From Vezdaea acicularis (taxonomy: Eukaryota), in assembly GCA_026025075.1 (NCBI GenBank), contig JAPEUI010000111.1, forward strand, positions 1-51,986: a DNA stretch of 51,986 nt, given 5' to 3'. The position numbers and the translations under genes are program-made. Each line of letters begins with the position of its first letter. The first letter of the stretch is position 1. Under the pieces are notes generated by a model, which was not told the DNA's origin, searched no databases, and worked only from the letters and a program-made list of their open reading frames with translations. Positions 10,671 to 21,597 of the stretch are shown one piece after another.

Positions 10671-11951
10671 ATGGAGCACTACACAGCATCTCCGCAAATT
10701 CCGAACAACCCGTCAAACCCTTCTCATAAACTACCCCGCCTTACCCCTCGGCGCAGACAGCCTACTCCACAGAATCCTCTCCCAGTCCCCGAAACCCCCG
10801 AGCTTGCTCAACCTCCAGCTAGCAATAGTATCACCTTCTCACACCCTAGACGCCGTATATTATCACCAACAGACCATACACTATTCCTCGAATCCCCGAC
10901 TTATAAGCTCGTTCTGTCTTTCATCTTCACCCTTGCCGAATCTGTGACCGACACGCCGACTTCTGCAATCAAAGACTCTGATCTAAGTCCTACGGTACAA
11001 CAGATTCTCACAGTTCTTGAAGATTCCGAATGCCTCCTAGCAGAATACATACCGAAAGACCAAGGGGGCTCCCGCTTTGGCAACCCCCGTTTCCGTGATT
11101 ACCTGGACGGGCTTGGAACTAAGCATGCGGCCTGGCACAAGTCTCTTGGTGTCTCGGATCCCGCCGCTATTGAAGAGCTCTCGACTTATTTTATGCAGTC
11201 CTTTGGTAACCGCACACGCATAGATTATGGCTCTGGACATGAGCTCAACTTCATGCTGTGGCTTCTCTGTCTATATCAGCTCTCAATCCTGAAGCGCGCT
11301 GATTTCCCTGCCCTTGTCCTCCGCATCTTCACACGCTACTTGAAGTTTATGCGCCTTATACAGTTAACATACTACCTCGAGCCTGCAGGTTCGCACGGTG
11401 TATGGGGCCTCGACGACTACCAATTCCTGCCCTTCCTGTTTGGATCGTCGCAGCTACTGCATCATCCATACCTCCGGCCTCGTGTAGTCAACCAACAGCT
11501 CGAACTTGATGAGTACGGGCGGGATTACATGTACCTAGATCAAGTAGCGTTTGTGAATAGCGTGAAGAACGTGGAGGGACTAAGGTGGCACAGTCCGATG
11601 TTGGACGATATTTCAGCGAGCAAGAGCTGGGAGAAGGTGTACCAAGGCATGAAGAGAATGTTTGTCAAGGAAGTGCTGGGGAAGCTACCAGTGATGCAAC
11701 ATTTCCTCTTCGGATCCTTGATAGCAGCAGAGGAGGGAATGGGTGAGGAGCAGGAGTCTGAAGGGCAGGACGGAGAGAGTCCAGAGGGAGAAGAAGTTAT
11801 AGTGATGAAGGACGGCATGAAGCATGTTCACACTGCAAGCAGCTGGGGCGACTGTTGTGGCATCAAAGTGCCGAGCAGCATCGGTGCAGCACAGGAGATG
11901 AAGAAAAGAATGGGTGGAGACGCTGGATTACGGCGCGTACCCTTCGATTAG
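10671..11951 (+). CDS. RRD2: Serine/threonine phosphatase 2A activator (PTPA), Rrd2/Ypa2 type
   Basis: Intronless 426-aa ORF with SRFGNP.FR, SFGN.TRIDYGSGHELNF, YYLEPAGSHGVWGLDDYQFLPFLFG, WHSPML.DIS and EVLGKLPVMQHF, plus the C-terminal WGDCCGIKVPS...PFD seen in Rrd2. Confidence 0.95.
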   Translation: MEHYTASPQIPNNPSNPSHKLPRLTPRRRQPTPQNPLPVPETPELAQPPASNSITFSHPRRRILSPTDHTLFLESPTYKLVLSFIFTLAESVTDTPTSAIKDSDLSPTVQQILTVLEDSECLLAEYIPKDQGGSRFGNPRFRDYLDGLGTKHAAWHKSLGVSDPAAIEELSTYFMQSFGNRTRIDYGSGHELNFMLWLLCLYQLSILKRADFPALVLRIFTRYLKFMRLIQLTYYLEPAGSHGVWGLDDYQFLPFLFGSSQLLHHPYLRPRVVNQQLELDEYGRDYMYLDQVAFVNSVKNVEGLRWHSPMLDDISASKSWEKVYQGMKRMFVKEVLGKLPVMQHFLFGSLIAAEEGMGEEQESEGQDGESPEGEEVIVMKDGMKHVHTASSWGDCCGIKVPSSIGAAQEMKKRMGGDAGLRRVPFD

Positions 11952-12160
11952 CACGTATCTAGAGCACCAAAAATAAAAGATATATGCCTGATTGAACCAA
12001 CACGCTTGCTCGCTCGCTCGCTCGCTCGTCCATGAGTTGTAAAAAGACCATATGCAAAAGCCCCTCGCATATACAACTTCCCTAACATTTCCCCCAAACA
12101 CACGAAGTAAAGGCCCACTACCACATATGCAACAACCCCCAACCCCTCCTCCCCACCTCT

Positions 12161-12664
12161 CTATCCCCCAATACTCTTAACCCCAAACTCCTCCTCACTC
12201 CACCTGCCCAACGCCTCCGCCGCCACCACATCCCCACTCCTCAAAAGGCCTCCAACCTCGACATTCAGCGGACTCTCCCACTCCGGATGGCCCAACAACC
12301 AATGGACCGCCTCCAAGGACGCCACAAGCGTGTACGCCGGGGTCCACGCCTCTTTCAGCAGATCGAGGCAGATCTCGCCCGTTTTGGGGTGCACGTTCGC
12401 GTGCGCTACGGGGACGCTGAAGGTGATGGTTGGTGCGTGTAGAGGGTAGTCGGAGGGTATTGTGAGGTGGAGGGGGAGGAGACCTAGGAAGGTGGGGTTA
12501 GTCAGTGCGTGGATAAACACATTCCAGGGGGGGTGGCTACCTCCGTAAGGCCCGAGTAGCAGGGCTTCCCAGTGGAAGAGGTTGTCGTTTATGAGGCGCA
12601 GAGAGGGGATTGTGGCGCTGGGTTGGTAGTCTTGGAGTTCCTTCTGGAGGCGCTTCACAGCCAT
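12161..12664 (-). CDS. PEX4: Ubiquitin-conjugating enzyme E2, peroxin-4-like
   Basis: The start is MAVKRLQKEL at 12664, with exons 12664..12541 and 12483..12161 (57-nt intron with CTAAC branch point). The UBC core is YPL.AP.ITF...HANVH.KTGEICLDLLK.AWTPAY, and SPLNV....LLR.GD is typical of fungal Pex4. Confidence 0.85.
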   Translation of the reverse strand: MAVKRLQKELQDYQPSATIPSLRLINDNLFHWEALLLGPYGGSHPPWNVFIHALTNPTFLGLLPLHLTIPSDYPLHAPTITFSVPVAHANVHPKTGEICLDLLKEAWTPAYTLVASLEAVHWLLGHPEWESPLNVEVGGLLRSGDVVAAEALGRWSEEEFGVKSIGG

Positions 12665-13011
12665 GGCGGGTAGCTTGGGGGGTTTACGGGGCAGAAAAGG
12701 GGCGCCGCAAAATGTCTGGCGGGGCGCTTGGTGGTGGGCGTTAGAGGAGCTTTTGGGTGAGGAGCTTGGGGCAGGTAAAATGTTGATGCGTTGGCGATGC
12801 CGAGGTTGGAGCGGGTTTTGTTTGTCTTCGTTTGCATTGATTTCATCGAGGCATTCATGATCGCTCCCTACGATGTGTATCACCATTTATTTGCATCAAA
12901 ACTGGATTACACAGCAATTAGCAGAACTATACCCTCATAGTATCATAGACGTAATCGTATCTAATACCGCTAATATTCAATAGCTAACCCAAACAAACCT
13001 CCTCATGCCCA

Positions 13012-15220
13012 TTACGGAGGCGGTCTCGGTCCGATAATCTGTCTTCTCGCGCCTCCCAACCCCAAGCCAGGCGCAACACGATTCTGGCTATCTCCTCCCG
13101 TCCATCCGTACTGATTGACGTCCCAACTACCTCCTTCTCCCACGGTAGCTTCCTTCTTCCCCGCGCCTACGCCCTTGCCGGCCGCATCTTTCGTGTGCTT
13201 CTGGCTCTCCTCCCACTCCTGTTGGCGCTGCCTTTCGAGCTCCATTTCACGCTCTAGGAGAGATTTGGATGCCCAGCCGCCGGCTTTGGTCTTGGTTTGA
13301 GCTGCTTCGCGACGGCGGTCTTCTGCGTCGCGCTCGGCCGTGGAGTCGAAGCTGAATTCGGTGGGTCGATAGGTCTGGGGCTTTTGAGGTGCAGGCGCAG
13401 GATTGCTGGAGAGGAAGCGATCCGTGCGGTTTGATGCTGAAGAATAGGTAGCAGGATCAGGAAGCGGGCGTGAAGGCGTGCCAGCGCTTTGCTCGCTTGT
13501 TCGGGTAGGTGAAGGAATGGGCCGCGACGATGTGCTCACGGTGTTTTCACTGGACCGAGTAGAGGAAGAGACAGGTTCAGGAAGTGGGCGAGGGGACGAT
13601 GTAGCAGGAGGCGTACTACCAAACGGCTTCTCGTGGTGAGTACTCCACTCACGACGAAGGTAGTCCCGCTCGCTTTCGCGCCAGCTATCTTTAGGAGATG
13701 GACGTGCTGGTATATTGCTCGTTTCCCGAAGATGTTGCCTCTCGTTTTCACGCCAAGCTTCCCGCCGTCTGTGATCCGGCTCGGGGCTTCTAGATTGAGA
13801 GCGGTTCTCACGGTCTCGGAGGTGGAGGGACATGTCGCGCTGTTCCAGTAGATAACGATCAGCTTTGTGTAGCCTCTCTTGTCGCTCGCGTTCATACTGC
13901 CGTTCCCGCTCTCTCGCCTGCTCTAGCTCTTTTTCGAGCTGCTGGACACGAGTGAGCTCTTCTGAGCCTAAGCCTTTTGGTGAACGCGCCTGATCGGCGC
14001 GATACTGGCTCAGGAACTGGCCTTGTAGTTTGATGTCGCTTTCAGATCTTTGGACGCCCCGGCTGGGTAGCGGTGGTCCTTGCTTCTCCCGCTCGTCCTT
14101 TAGTCTGCGCTCCTCTTCTGCCTTCCACCTGCGCTCCTCCTCTTCCCACTTTCGCCTCTCCTCCTCGGCATGCCTTCTTTCAAGCTCTCGTTGGTGCTTT
14201 GTCTCTTCCGCCCACCGTTGCTCTTCCTCTAAACGTTCTCTTTCTTCCGCAGCTTCTTTCTCGGCCTGCCGCTGCCGTTCGAGCTCTTCCTCCATTGATT
14301 GCTGTCTTTCCTTTTCCGCTTGCTCTTCTCTCCGTCTACGCTCCTTATCTGCCATATTTGGCACAGCTGGAGCCGGGCTTGTTATTTGCCTGCGTGCACC
14401 GAAAGCGATGCCTTGGTTTCCCTGGCTAGCGCCTCCCATGTAACCGTACTGGTGAATATTCCACGCAGGCGCTGTAGCTCCTTCATCAGCCTTCTTGCTC
14501 CAACTACTGACAGGTCCTTTGACTGTCGCCGTAGCTCCATCAAACCCCATGCCAGTTTTGGAAGAATTCGATCCGCCGGTAAGGCTCGGGCTCATGTTCG
14601 TGGGACGATTAAGGGGATTGAAAGTGGACGAGCTACTCTGACTAGCGTTCGAGGCTCCTCTATTGCGGCCAACAGAGCTATACGACGACGCGAAACCTCC
14701 ATTGCTATTCCCCGTTCCTTGTGGACTCAGTACGCTGTTTCTATTCTTCGGTCCAATGCTCTGCTTGAACACTGCTGGACGGGCGGCATTTGCAACGCGG
14801 CTAAAGGCACTGATACATTGTAGGACCTGGGCGGGATCTTTAGATTCGTAGAGGTCAACGGTCAAGAAGACGTCATGAGGCTGAAGATTAAGAGGCGGGA
14901 GCTGGCATGCTTTGAGGAAGTGCGAGATATTCTCCATCTGCACAAACGGCATGGACGAGGTTTTGTACTTGACGCCTGGTGGCCCAACCGCAAGATTGAC
15001 CAACCTACCCCGTGTTAGCAGAAATAAAACACATATGGATATGTGTCACAAACTTGCATAACGCGACACCATCCTTGAGATTCTCGAGCAGATCACCTGC
15101 CGGTAGTTTCTCCCCAAGTACCTCCTCTATCCAATCCCGAATCTCGTTGGCAGCTTTCGGCGTATACTTGGACAAGCGCATATTGCGCAGATCCTTATCT
15201 AGTGATGTGACGGAAGCCAT
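13012..15220 (-). CDS. Calponin-homology (transgelin/Scp1-like) actin-binding protein with a long coiled-coil and Pro/Ser-rich extension
   Basis: Exons are 15220..15054 and 15004..13012. MASVTSLDKDLR..R.SKY, LKDGVALCK and MPFVQMENISHFL form the CH domain, and QYGYMGGASQ..QGI.FG.RRQI is a calponin-like repeat. Confidence 0.9.
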
Positions 15221-15649
15221 GCTGGGTAGACACAAGTAGCAGAGTGAAAAGTCGAGTTAAGAACAGACCGATATAAGCTGACTCTCAAAGCCGCGCAAGC
15301 GTCCAGGCAGTCGTGGGGCTGATAAACTGCTATTATCCGAAGTTACACCAATGTGCGAACCCCCCGAAAGACGGATATAATAAGCGCAATAGTTTCAGTG
15401 AAAACGTAAAGAAGCACTATTTTCTTCAAATGAATGGAAATGTGTTCAGAACGAAGAAAAAAGCGCTTGTGTTTGTTGTGTGGAATGTTGTGACTTGAAT
15501 CAGGAAGCCGCTGCGCACTGACGTTTCTCGGAGCCGCCAACGGGGGCAGTGACGTCCCCCGCCATCCGCCGCGAGTTTTTAAAAAAAAAAACGAGGAGCA
15601 TCTCCATCAGTCCGACAAGACCACCACCCCATCATCAATCCCTCTCACA

Positions 15650-16279
15650 ATGTCCACACCAGCCCAAATCAGCCGCTTCCAGCAGCTCTGGCTGAAGTGG
15701 AAAAAACTCCGCCTCCCATGGCGCAAGCAATTCCTAGCCGGTCCAGCGCTCCCCCCCCCATATCCACCACCATCTTAGCTAACCCTTCGCCTAGGAATGG
15801 ACCTCAGCGGCAACACCTTCTGGGAATTCAAAGACGCAATCAACGCCCAACGGATGCGACGTATCGTACGCTACAACCCGCGCGCGCACTACTCCGACAT
15901 CAAGATAAGTCCGCAATGGCACCAATGGCTGCGGCAAGTCCGCGCCGACGCGCCATCCGTGCAGGAGCAGCAAGCAGACGTCCACCGACAAGCCAGTATG
16001 AAGCATTTAGCGAAAAGGGCCGATGAGAGGTGGGCGAATGTCCCGAGCTTTTTGGATAAACCGCGTGAGTCGGGGATCACGAAGCCCGCCTTGGAACAGC
16101 CGCCGGGCACGCTGGCGAGGCCGGAGACGGACTTGGGCGCCATGAGGGCGACGGAGAGGAACCAGGAAGTGTCACAGATGGCGGAAGGGAAGAAACATCC
16201 GTGGGAGAGAGCGAAAGCGCCGGGGGAAGCGTGGCAGCCTGAGGCGTGGAATCCGTCATCTGCGCCGGCGAGAAGGTGA
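15650..16279 (+). CDS. NDUFA12-family complex I assembly factor (NDUFAF2/N7BML-like)
   Basis: Exons are 15650..15740 and 15795..16279 (intron with GCTAAC branch point). Motifs include WK.LRLPWRKQFL.G.DL.GNTFWEF, RRIV.Y, PQWHQWLR..R..APS..EQ and a C-terminal WQPEAW.P. Confidence 0.9.
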
Positions 16280-16292
16280 ATAGGGGAATAGA

Positions 16293-16513
16293 GAGCCAGG
16301 TATCACGAAGCCCGCTTTGGAGCCGCCGCCGAGCAGGCTAGCGAGTCCAGAGGCGGATTTGGGCGCCACGAGAGCGACGAAGAGGGAGCAGGCGGTGGTG
16401 GAGAGGGTGAGAGGAAAGAGAGATCCGTGTGAGAGGGCGAAAGTGACAAGAGAAAGCTAGCAGCCCAAGGCATGGCCTCCGCAATCCGCGTCCGCGAGAA
16501 GGTGATAAGGGAA
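16293..16513 (+). pseudogene. Tandem duplicate of the 3' end (last ~70 codons plus stop) of the NDUFA12-family gene, with an internal TAG
   Basis: It aligns without indels to 16067..16288 at a constant offset of 226 bp. It translates ITKPALEPPPSRLASPEADLGATRAT...ES*QPKAWPPQSASARR*. Confidence 0.85.
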
Positions 16514-16671
16514 ACGAGATATCATTAGCACATATGAGGAGCCGGACACCAGCAGCATTTTGTCCAGCGCTTCGGTACGCCGTTGCCAGCGCCATGGATT
16601 TGAGGGGGCTTATGGGTATATACATATCCTCAACACGCCAGAACCCGCACGTCCGGCCCCCCCCCCCCCCT

Positions 16672-18834
16672 TTATCCGGCCCTCCTTCTGAAGAATTCAA
16701 TAACGGTGCCTAACCCCTCGCTCACTTCCACCGCTTTGGAGACTTGTTCCGCACTCAGTCCCGTCCCACTCCCGTGCCCATCCTCCCCGCTTGTCGTTTC
16801 ATCATCGGCTACGATGATATCCCCGTGAGACCCTACGTGGATGATAAAGTCGACAGGCTGAGCATGATTCGCGAACGTGACGCCGATTTTGGGCGTCGGC
16901 TGGGCGGTGAATGTGAGGTCCACCTTTAGCGTCTCGATGGATGGGGTTCGTGGCGGGTGAGTGGTGCCGGTGAGGATGAAGGCGGAGAGTTCGTCGGGGA
17001 GAGTCGTTTCGTCGTGGTCTTCCCGCTCTGGGGCATTTTTCGGTTCGGCCTGATGAGCGGCGGCGTTGACGAGGGTCTGGCGGAGGACGGTGACTGCGGC
17101 GACGTTTTGGCGTAGGATCTATGAGGAAGGGTTGTCAGCTGTTGTGGTTGTAGAGATGGATCGCTAGAGACAGGGACTTACGGGCAGGATCTCGACCAGC
17201 TGTCTAGGGTGCGAGAAGGGTATCTCATCGATGACCTTCCCGTAATCCCGTTTCTGCACACACAAGTTATATTGATGAAGCACCTTTATCAGCGCCCCGT
17301 CTTTCTCGTACGCAGAGACGACCCTTTCCGTTTTGATCTCGCGCACATCCCCCTCCAAACCCACGTCTTCAAAGTCTTTCCGTGGGAGGACCAGTTCGTC
17401 GAAGATGGGCACGTTCTCGTCCGAGCCGCTTGGGAAGCCAACGGCATTGAAGAGTTGGAGAGCCACGGGTAAGGGAACGACGACGGGGGGTTCCAGTCGA
17501 GCTACGAATCGGACGTTGGGTTGTTTCCCCAGTAAGGCCGCGTCACCTTGCATCCCTAGATCGCCTGAGGTGTCGGATATGAGGGTTGGTAAAGGCTCTT
17601 GCCAGTTGATAAGGGGGGTGTTCATGGTGGACAGCATGTCCGGCTCTTGCTCGATGTTGTCTGATAGCCATTGGTCCGAGACTCGTACCGGCGGGTAGAG
17701 TTCTGCTGGTGAGGCCTCGCACTCCACGACAAGCGACCATATAGTAGGGTGACCGGCAGCATGATCTGCATGGTTTGTAGCTTCTCCGTTCGAAGTCATT
17801 GTAGTATCGCCGTCTTGATCTTTCCTCGGGGTGCTGGGCACTAGTCTCCGCTCCATCCAGTATTCAAGCCTTAGGCCAACCGTCCGGTCGCCATGCATAA
17901 CCGGCCTGCCCGACTTCTTGCACAACACCTCCCTCTCCGCATATTCCTCGTCCGAGAATGCTTTGCCGCCGTGCCTCTCACCAGCCCATCCCTCCTGAAC
18001 CTTCCTCTTCTCATAGTCAAACAACCTCTTCAGACTAGTGTATATCCCCGCAATTGCCGCATAGCAATCAAGATCCGGCTGTACACTCAGCTTATCCAGC
18101 CTCGCCAGCCGTTCCAGATTCTCCCCGAACCGTGCCAACGAGGTATTGATACTCGCCACACCCGGGGGCGGCGTCAAATCCCTCTTCAAGATGCGCGCCG
18201 CGAGGGGTACCGTCGCCGTGACGGGCTCCGGCGATCTAGGAAACGAGAGGTTGACGGCCGTCACGACATTACTCTTGAAACACACCTAAAAAGCGCTTTG
18301 GTTTAGTCCGTGCTGCTTTCGCGTGTGAAAAAAGTCGCGAGCATGTATGAATACCTCAATAAGCAGCGAGCTCCCCGCAATATTCAGCGTCCTGGCCCCA
18401 CCCTCAGCATCATCCTCCCAGAAGAAATCCAACCCCGTCCTCTTCGCCAATGTGACCACGCCAGCCTCGCTGATCCGGACCTGACTCCTCGCCAGCCGCG
18501 CCAGGATCATCTCGATCCTCCTCCTCCGCTCCTCGTCATCCGGCCTTGACGCAAAATGCGGGATGCTCCCGACATTCTGGAGGTGCAGGTTCAGACCTAG
18601 GGCAGCGGCGCTCGGTGAATCGAAGTTCAAGGCGCTGTTGTTGGTGCTCCCGGTAAGGTGCTGCGTCGAAGTGGCGTTGGCGGGGGACTTTTTTGCGAGG
18701 TAGGCCGGTGATTGAGCGATTGATCGCGGACCCTGTGAGCCTTGGCCGGCGGGCGAGAAGGCGGCGAGGTGGTTCGCGAATGAGCTGGGAGTGGTTGCTT
18801 GGAAGGCTGATTTGGAGGGCGTGGGAGTAGCCAT
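16672..18834 (-). CDS. MED1: Mediator of RNA polymerase II transcription subunit 1
   Basis: Exons 18834..18355, 18285..17182 and 17118..16672 join in phase 0. Motifs typical of fungal Med1 include MATPTP, FDSPSAAALG, L.IAG..L.IE, NLERLARLDKLS, GRPVMH...VGL.L.YW and EIPFSHPRQLVEILP.LRQ. Confidence 0.9.
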
Positions 18835-19885
18835 GGTCGTTGATGAGAGCTACTGTAGAGAAAGTCGTGACCGCGAAGGTCGCGTGCACGCGTCTGAAAG
18901 TTCTAGGTCCATGGCTGAGATGGAAGTTCCACGATGGAGCGCGTCTCGCCTTTTTGTTCGTTTGCATATTCCACGGACTACTTGGCGAAACCCTGATGTT
19001 CCCAATACATAGCAAGCTTTTCACGCTTCAGTAATTTACTCTTCAGGCTTTCAAATCGTATATCCTTCAATTCAGTTCAAATACGCTAGATATTATGCCC
19101 CGTTTGGACCTGGTCCATAGATCCCAATCTCCTCCCATTATATGCATCCCCTCCCCCCTTCCCCCCCTTAATCCAATCCACCCAAATCCACCCACCCCTC
19201 ATAGCAAAGCGCACAAGCCCATCCATCACACTCCCACCTATACCTCAAAGAGGGAGGAGAGGGGGGGTAATCTCAACTAGCGAGTCCCCCACTAACCCAA
19301 GACGCGCGCGTGCATACGAAAGGTATCCAGGCGGAGGAGACGAGAGGAAGAAGTAACAAGGGGAGGAAGGAAGGATAGAAAGGGACCCATACCATTCGAT
19401 TCGCGCACAATGAAGTGGAAGGGGTACGGGAGCCACCACAAACCCTGGGGGACCGCCGAAAAAGGACGGGAGAACCCCGACAAGTGCGGTTTCCGGGTAT
19501 TGGAGGGATGGGTCCAAGAGGGCCCCGTCTAGGAGCTGGGTGGAAGACGAGCTAGGGTGTGAAGCCTGTGTGTCCTCACGGGTATGAGGGGCTTCTTAAA
19601 GGGGGGTGGGGCGGATAATAGACAAGAGCATGCAGGGCAAGGGAAGTGCAGTGGGCAGTAAAGAGCGCACCAAGGGGGGGTAGGTGTGTTGCGAGAAGGG
19701 GGGAACTGAATGTCCACTACGATTCCTCTACCAATTTGCAGGACCGAAGGAGATCGAGAAGAGTGAATTCAGAGGTATAGACGGCACAAGAAACCGATGC
19801 TGTACGCACGCATGTGATTTGTAGTGAAGCAATCTGTCTAGAGCAATGGTAGAGAAGAAGAGAGAGAGGAGGGTGTGAGGGGGGC

Positions 19886-21597
19886 CTAATGATCCTTCTC
19901 TATACCGCCAAAGATCTAGAACAGCAGCGAATATTAGCTCATTGCGCTTCAGTTGTGGTATGAAGGGAGGGAAGCAGGAACGTACCGTTTCCATCATGAT
20001 ACCGGTGATCTGGTAGGGATCCGCATTACTCGCCGGTCTGCGGTCCTCAAAGTACCCATACCCATCCTTGCCGACACTTCGCGGGATACGCACGCTCGCG
20101 CCACGGTTCGCAACGCCCCAGGAGAAGCTTTCGAGGGAGGAGGTTTCGTGAGCACCGGTCATGCGGAGGGTGTTGTCGGCGCCGTAGACTTCGACGTGCT
20201 CCTTGTGGCGTTTCTCGAGCCTCTTGATCGCCGCCTCGATGTGCTTCATGCCGCCCGGATTGCGCATCTCCTCGGACGAGACGTTCGTGTGGAGACCGGC
20301 GCCGTTCCAGTCGCCAGGGATGGGCTTGGGGTGGAAAGAAATCTTGGCGCCGAATTCCTCAGCGACGCGGTGGAGAAGGAAACGAGCCATCCAGAGATGG
20401 TCACCCACTGGAAAAGAAAAGTCAGCGAATGGAATGGCAATCGCAGTTTAGACTATCAAACTTACTGTCGATACCCTCGCATGGCCCGATCTGGAACTCC
20501 CACTGGGCTGGAAGCACCTCGGCGTTGATACCGGAGATAGTCACACCAGCATACAGGCAAGCCTTGTAGTGAGCCTCGATGATATCTCGGCAAAAGACCT
20601 TTCCAGTCCCGACGCCGCAGTAATACGGTCCCTGGGGAGCTGGGAAGCCACCCTTGGGCCAGCCATAGGGCTTGTCGTACTCATCAAAGAGGGTATATTC
20701 CTGTTCTAGACCGAACCAGGTCTTGTGCACCTTGTGCTCCTCCATCAGTCTGGCGCAGTCGTGGCGGTAGTTGAACTTGTTGGGGGTGCCATCCGAATCC
20801 CAGCACTCGGTCATGACGAGAATATTGTCGCCGCCACGGAAGGGATCGGGGAAAACGGCACATGGTCGAAGGTACACATCAGAGTTGTCGCCCGGCGCCT
20901 GGCCAGTGGACGAACCGTCAAAGTTCCATTCGGGGAGATCGTCGATACCAGCGGGCTTCTTGCTGAGAGTCTACGGATTTGAAAGACGTTAGTCTGGGTG
21001 CTCGATCAACAAATCTGGAGCTTGGTGTTGTCGCGTGATGGCTATGATGTAACGTGTAAACGTGAACACCGGGAGCTTATCGCCCTTCGAAATGAGGGGT
21101 GGCTACGATAAGCGCGCCGGATCGTCAATGGTGGGAAATGACCGAATCGCATAACCGCGAAGCGAATGTCGCTGGCGTGAGGCTCGGAGCAGCAGCAAAT
21201 TTCCCGCTGCGAGCTCTACAAGAGCGGGAAAAGCCTCGAGAGCTCTGGGAAGGCGTGAATAGAACAATAGAGAACAGTGACGTACCTTTGTCTTTGAACG
21301 CACGTTGTTGTGGCCGTCAATCCAGATGTACTCAGCCAGAACGGAACCCTTCTGGTCGAGGTTGATGTACTTCATGAGCTAGAAGAAAAAGAAAACATGA
21401 ATAACCGTCGGTGAGAAGGGGAGAAAGCGGCGCAAGCGCAAGGAGAGCTCACATTGGCCGTGTTCGACACGACTTTGGATTCTTGCCACGTCTGGAGAGC
21501 GGATGCGTCAGTCAGCGAACGTCCAGCGAAATCGCCATGGCGACAAGCTTGTTTGTCCCACTACCATAGCTTCACGCCAGGTGGAGTCACTGACCAT
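19886..21597 (-). CDS. GLN1: Glutamine synthetase (GSII)
   Basis: Exons are 21597..21595 (ATG only), 21491..21453, 21378..21286, 20970..20466, 20407..19986 and 19915..19886. Motifs include [41 protein letters not shown]...[33 protein letters not shown] and [13 protein letters not shown]. Confidence 0.97.

Noticed and set aside
12665..12886. N-terminal extension of the PEX4 ORF in the six-frame track (241 aa)
   Set aside because: It starts at a non-ATG codon in low-complexity sequence; the conserved E2 start MAxKRL is at 12664.
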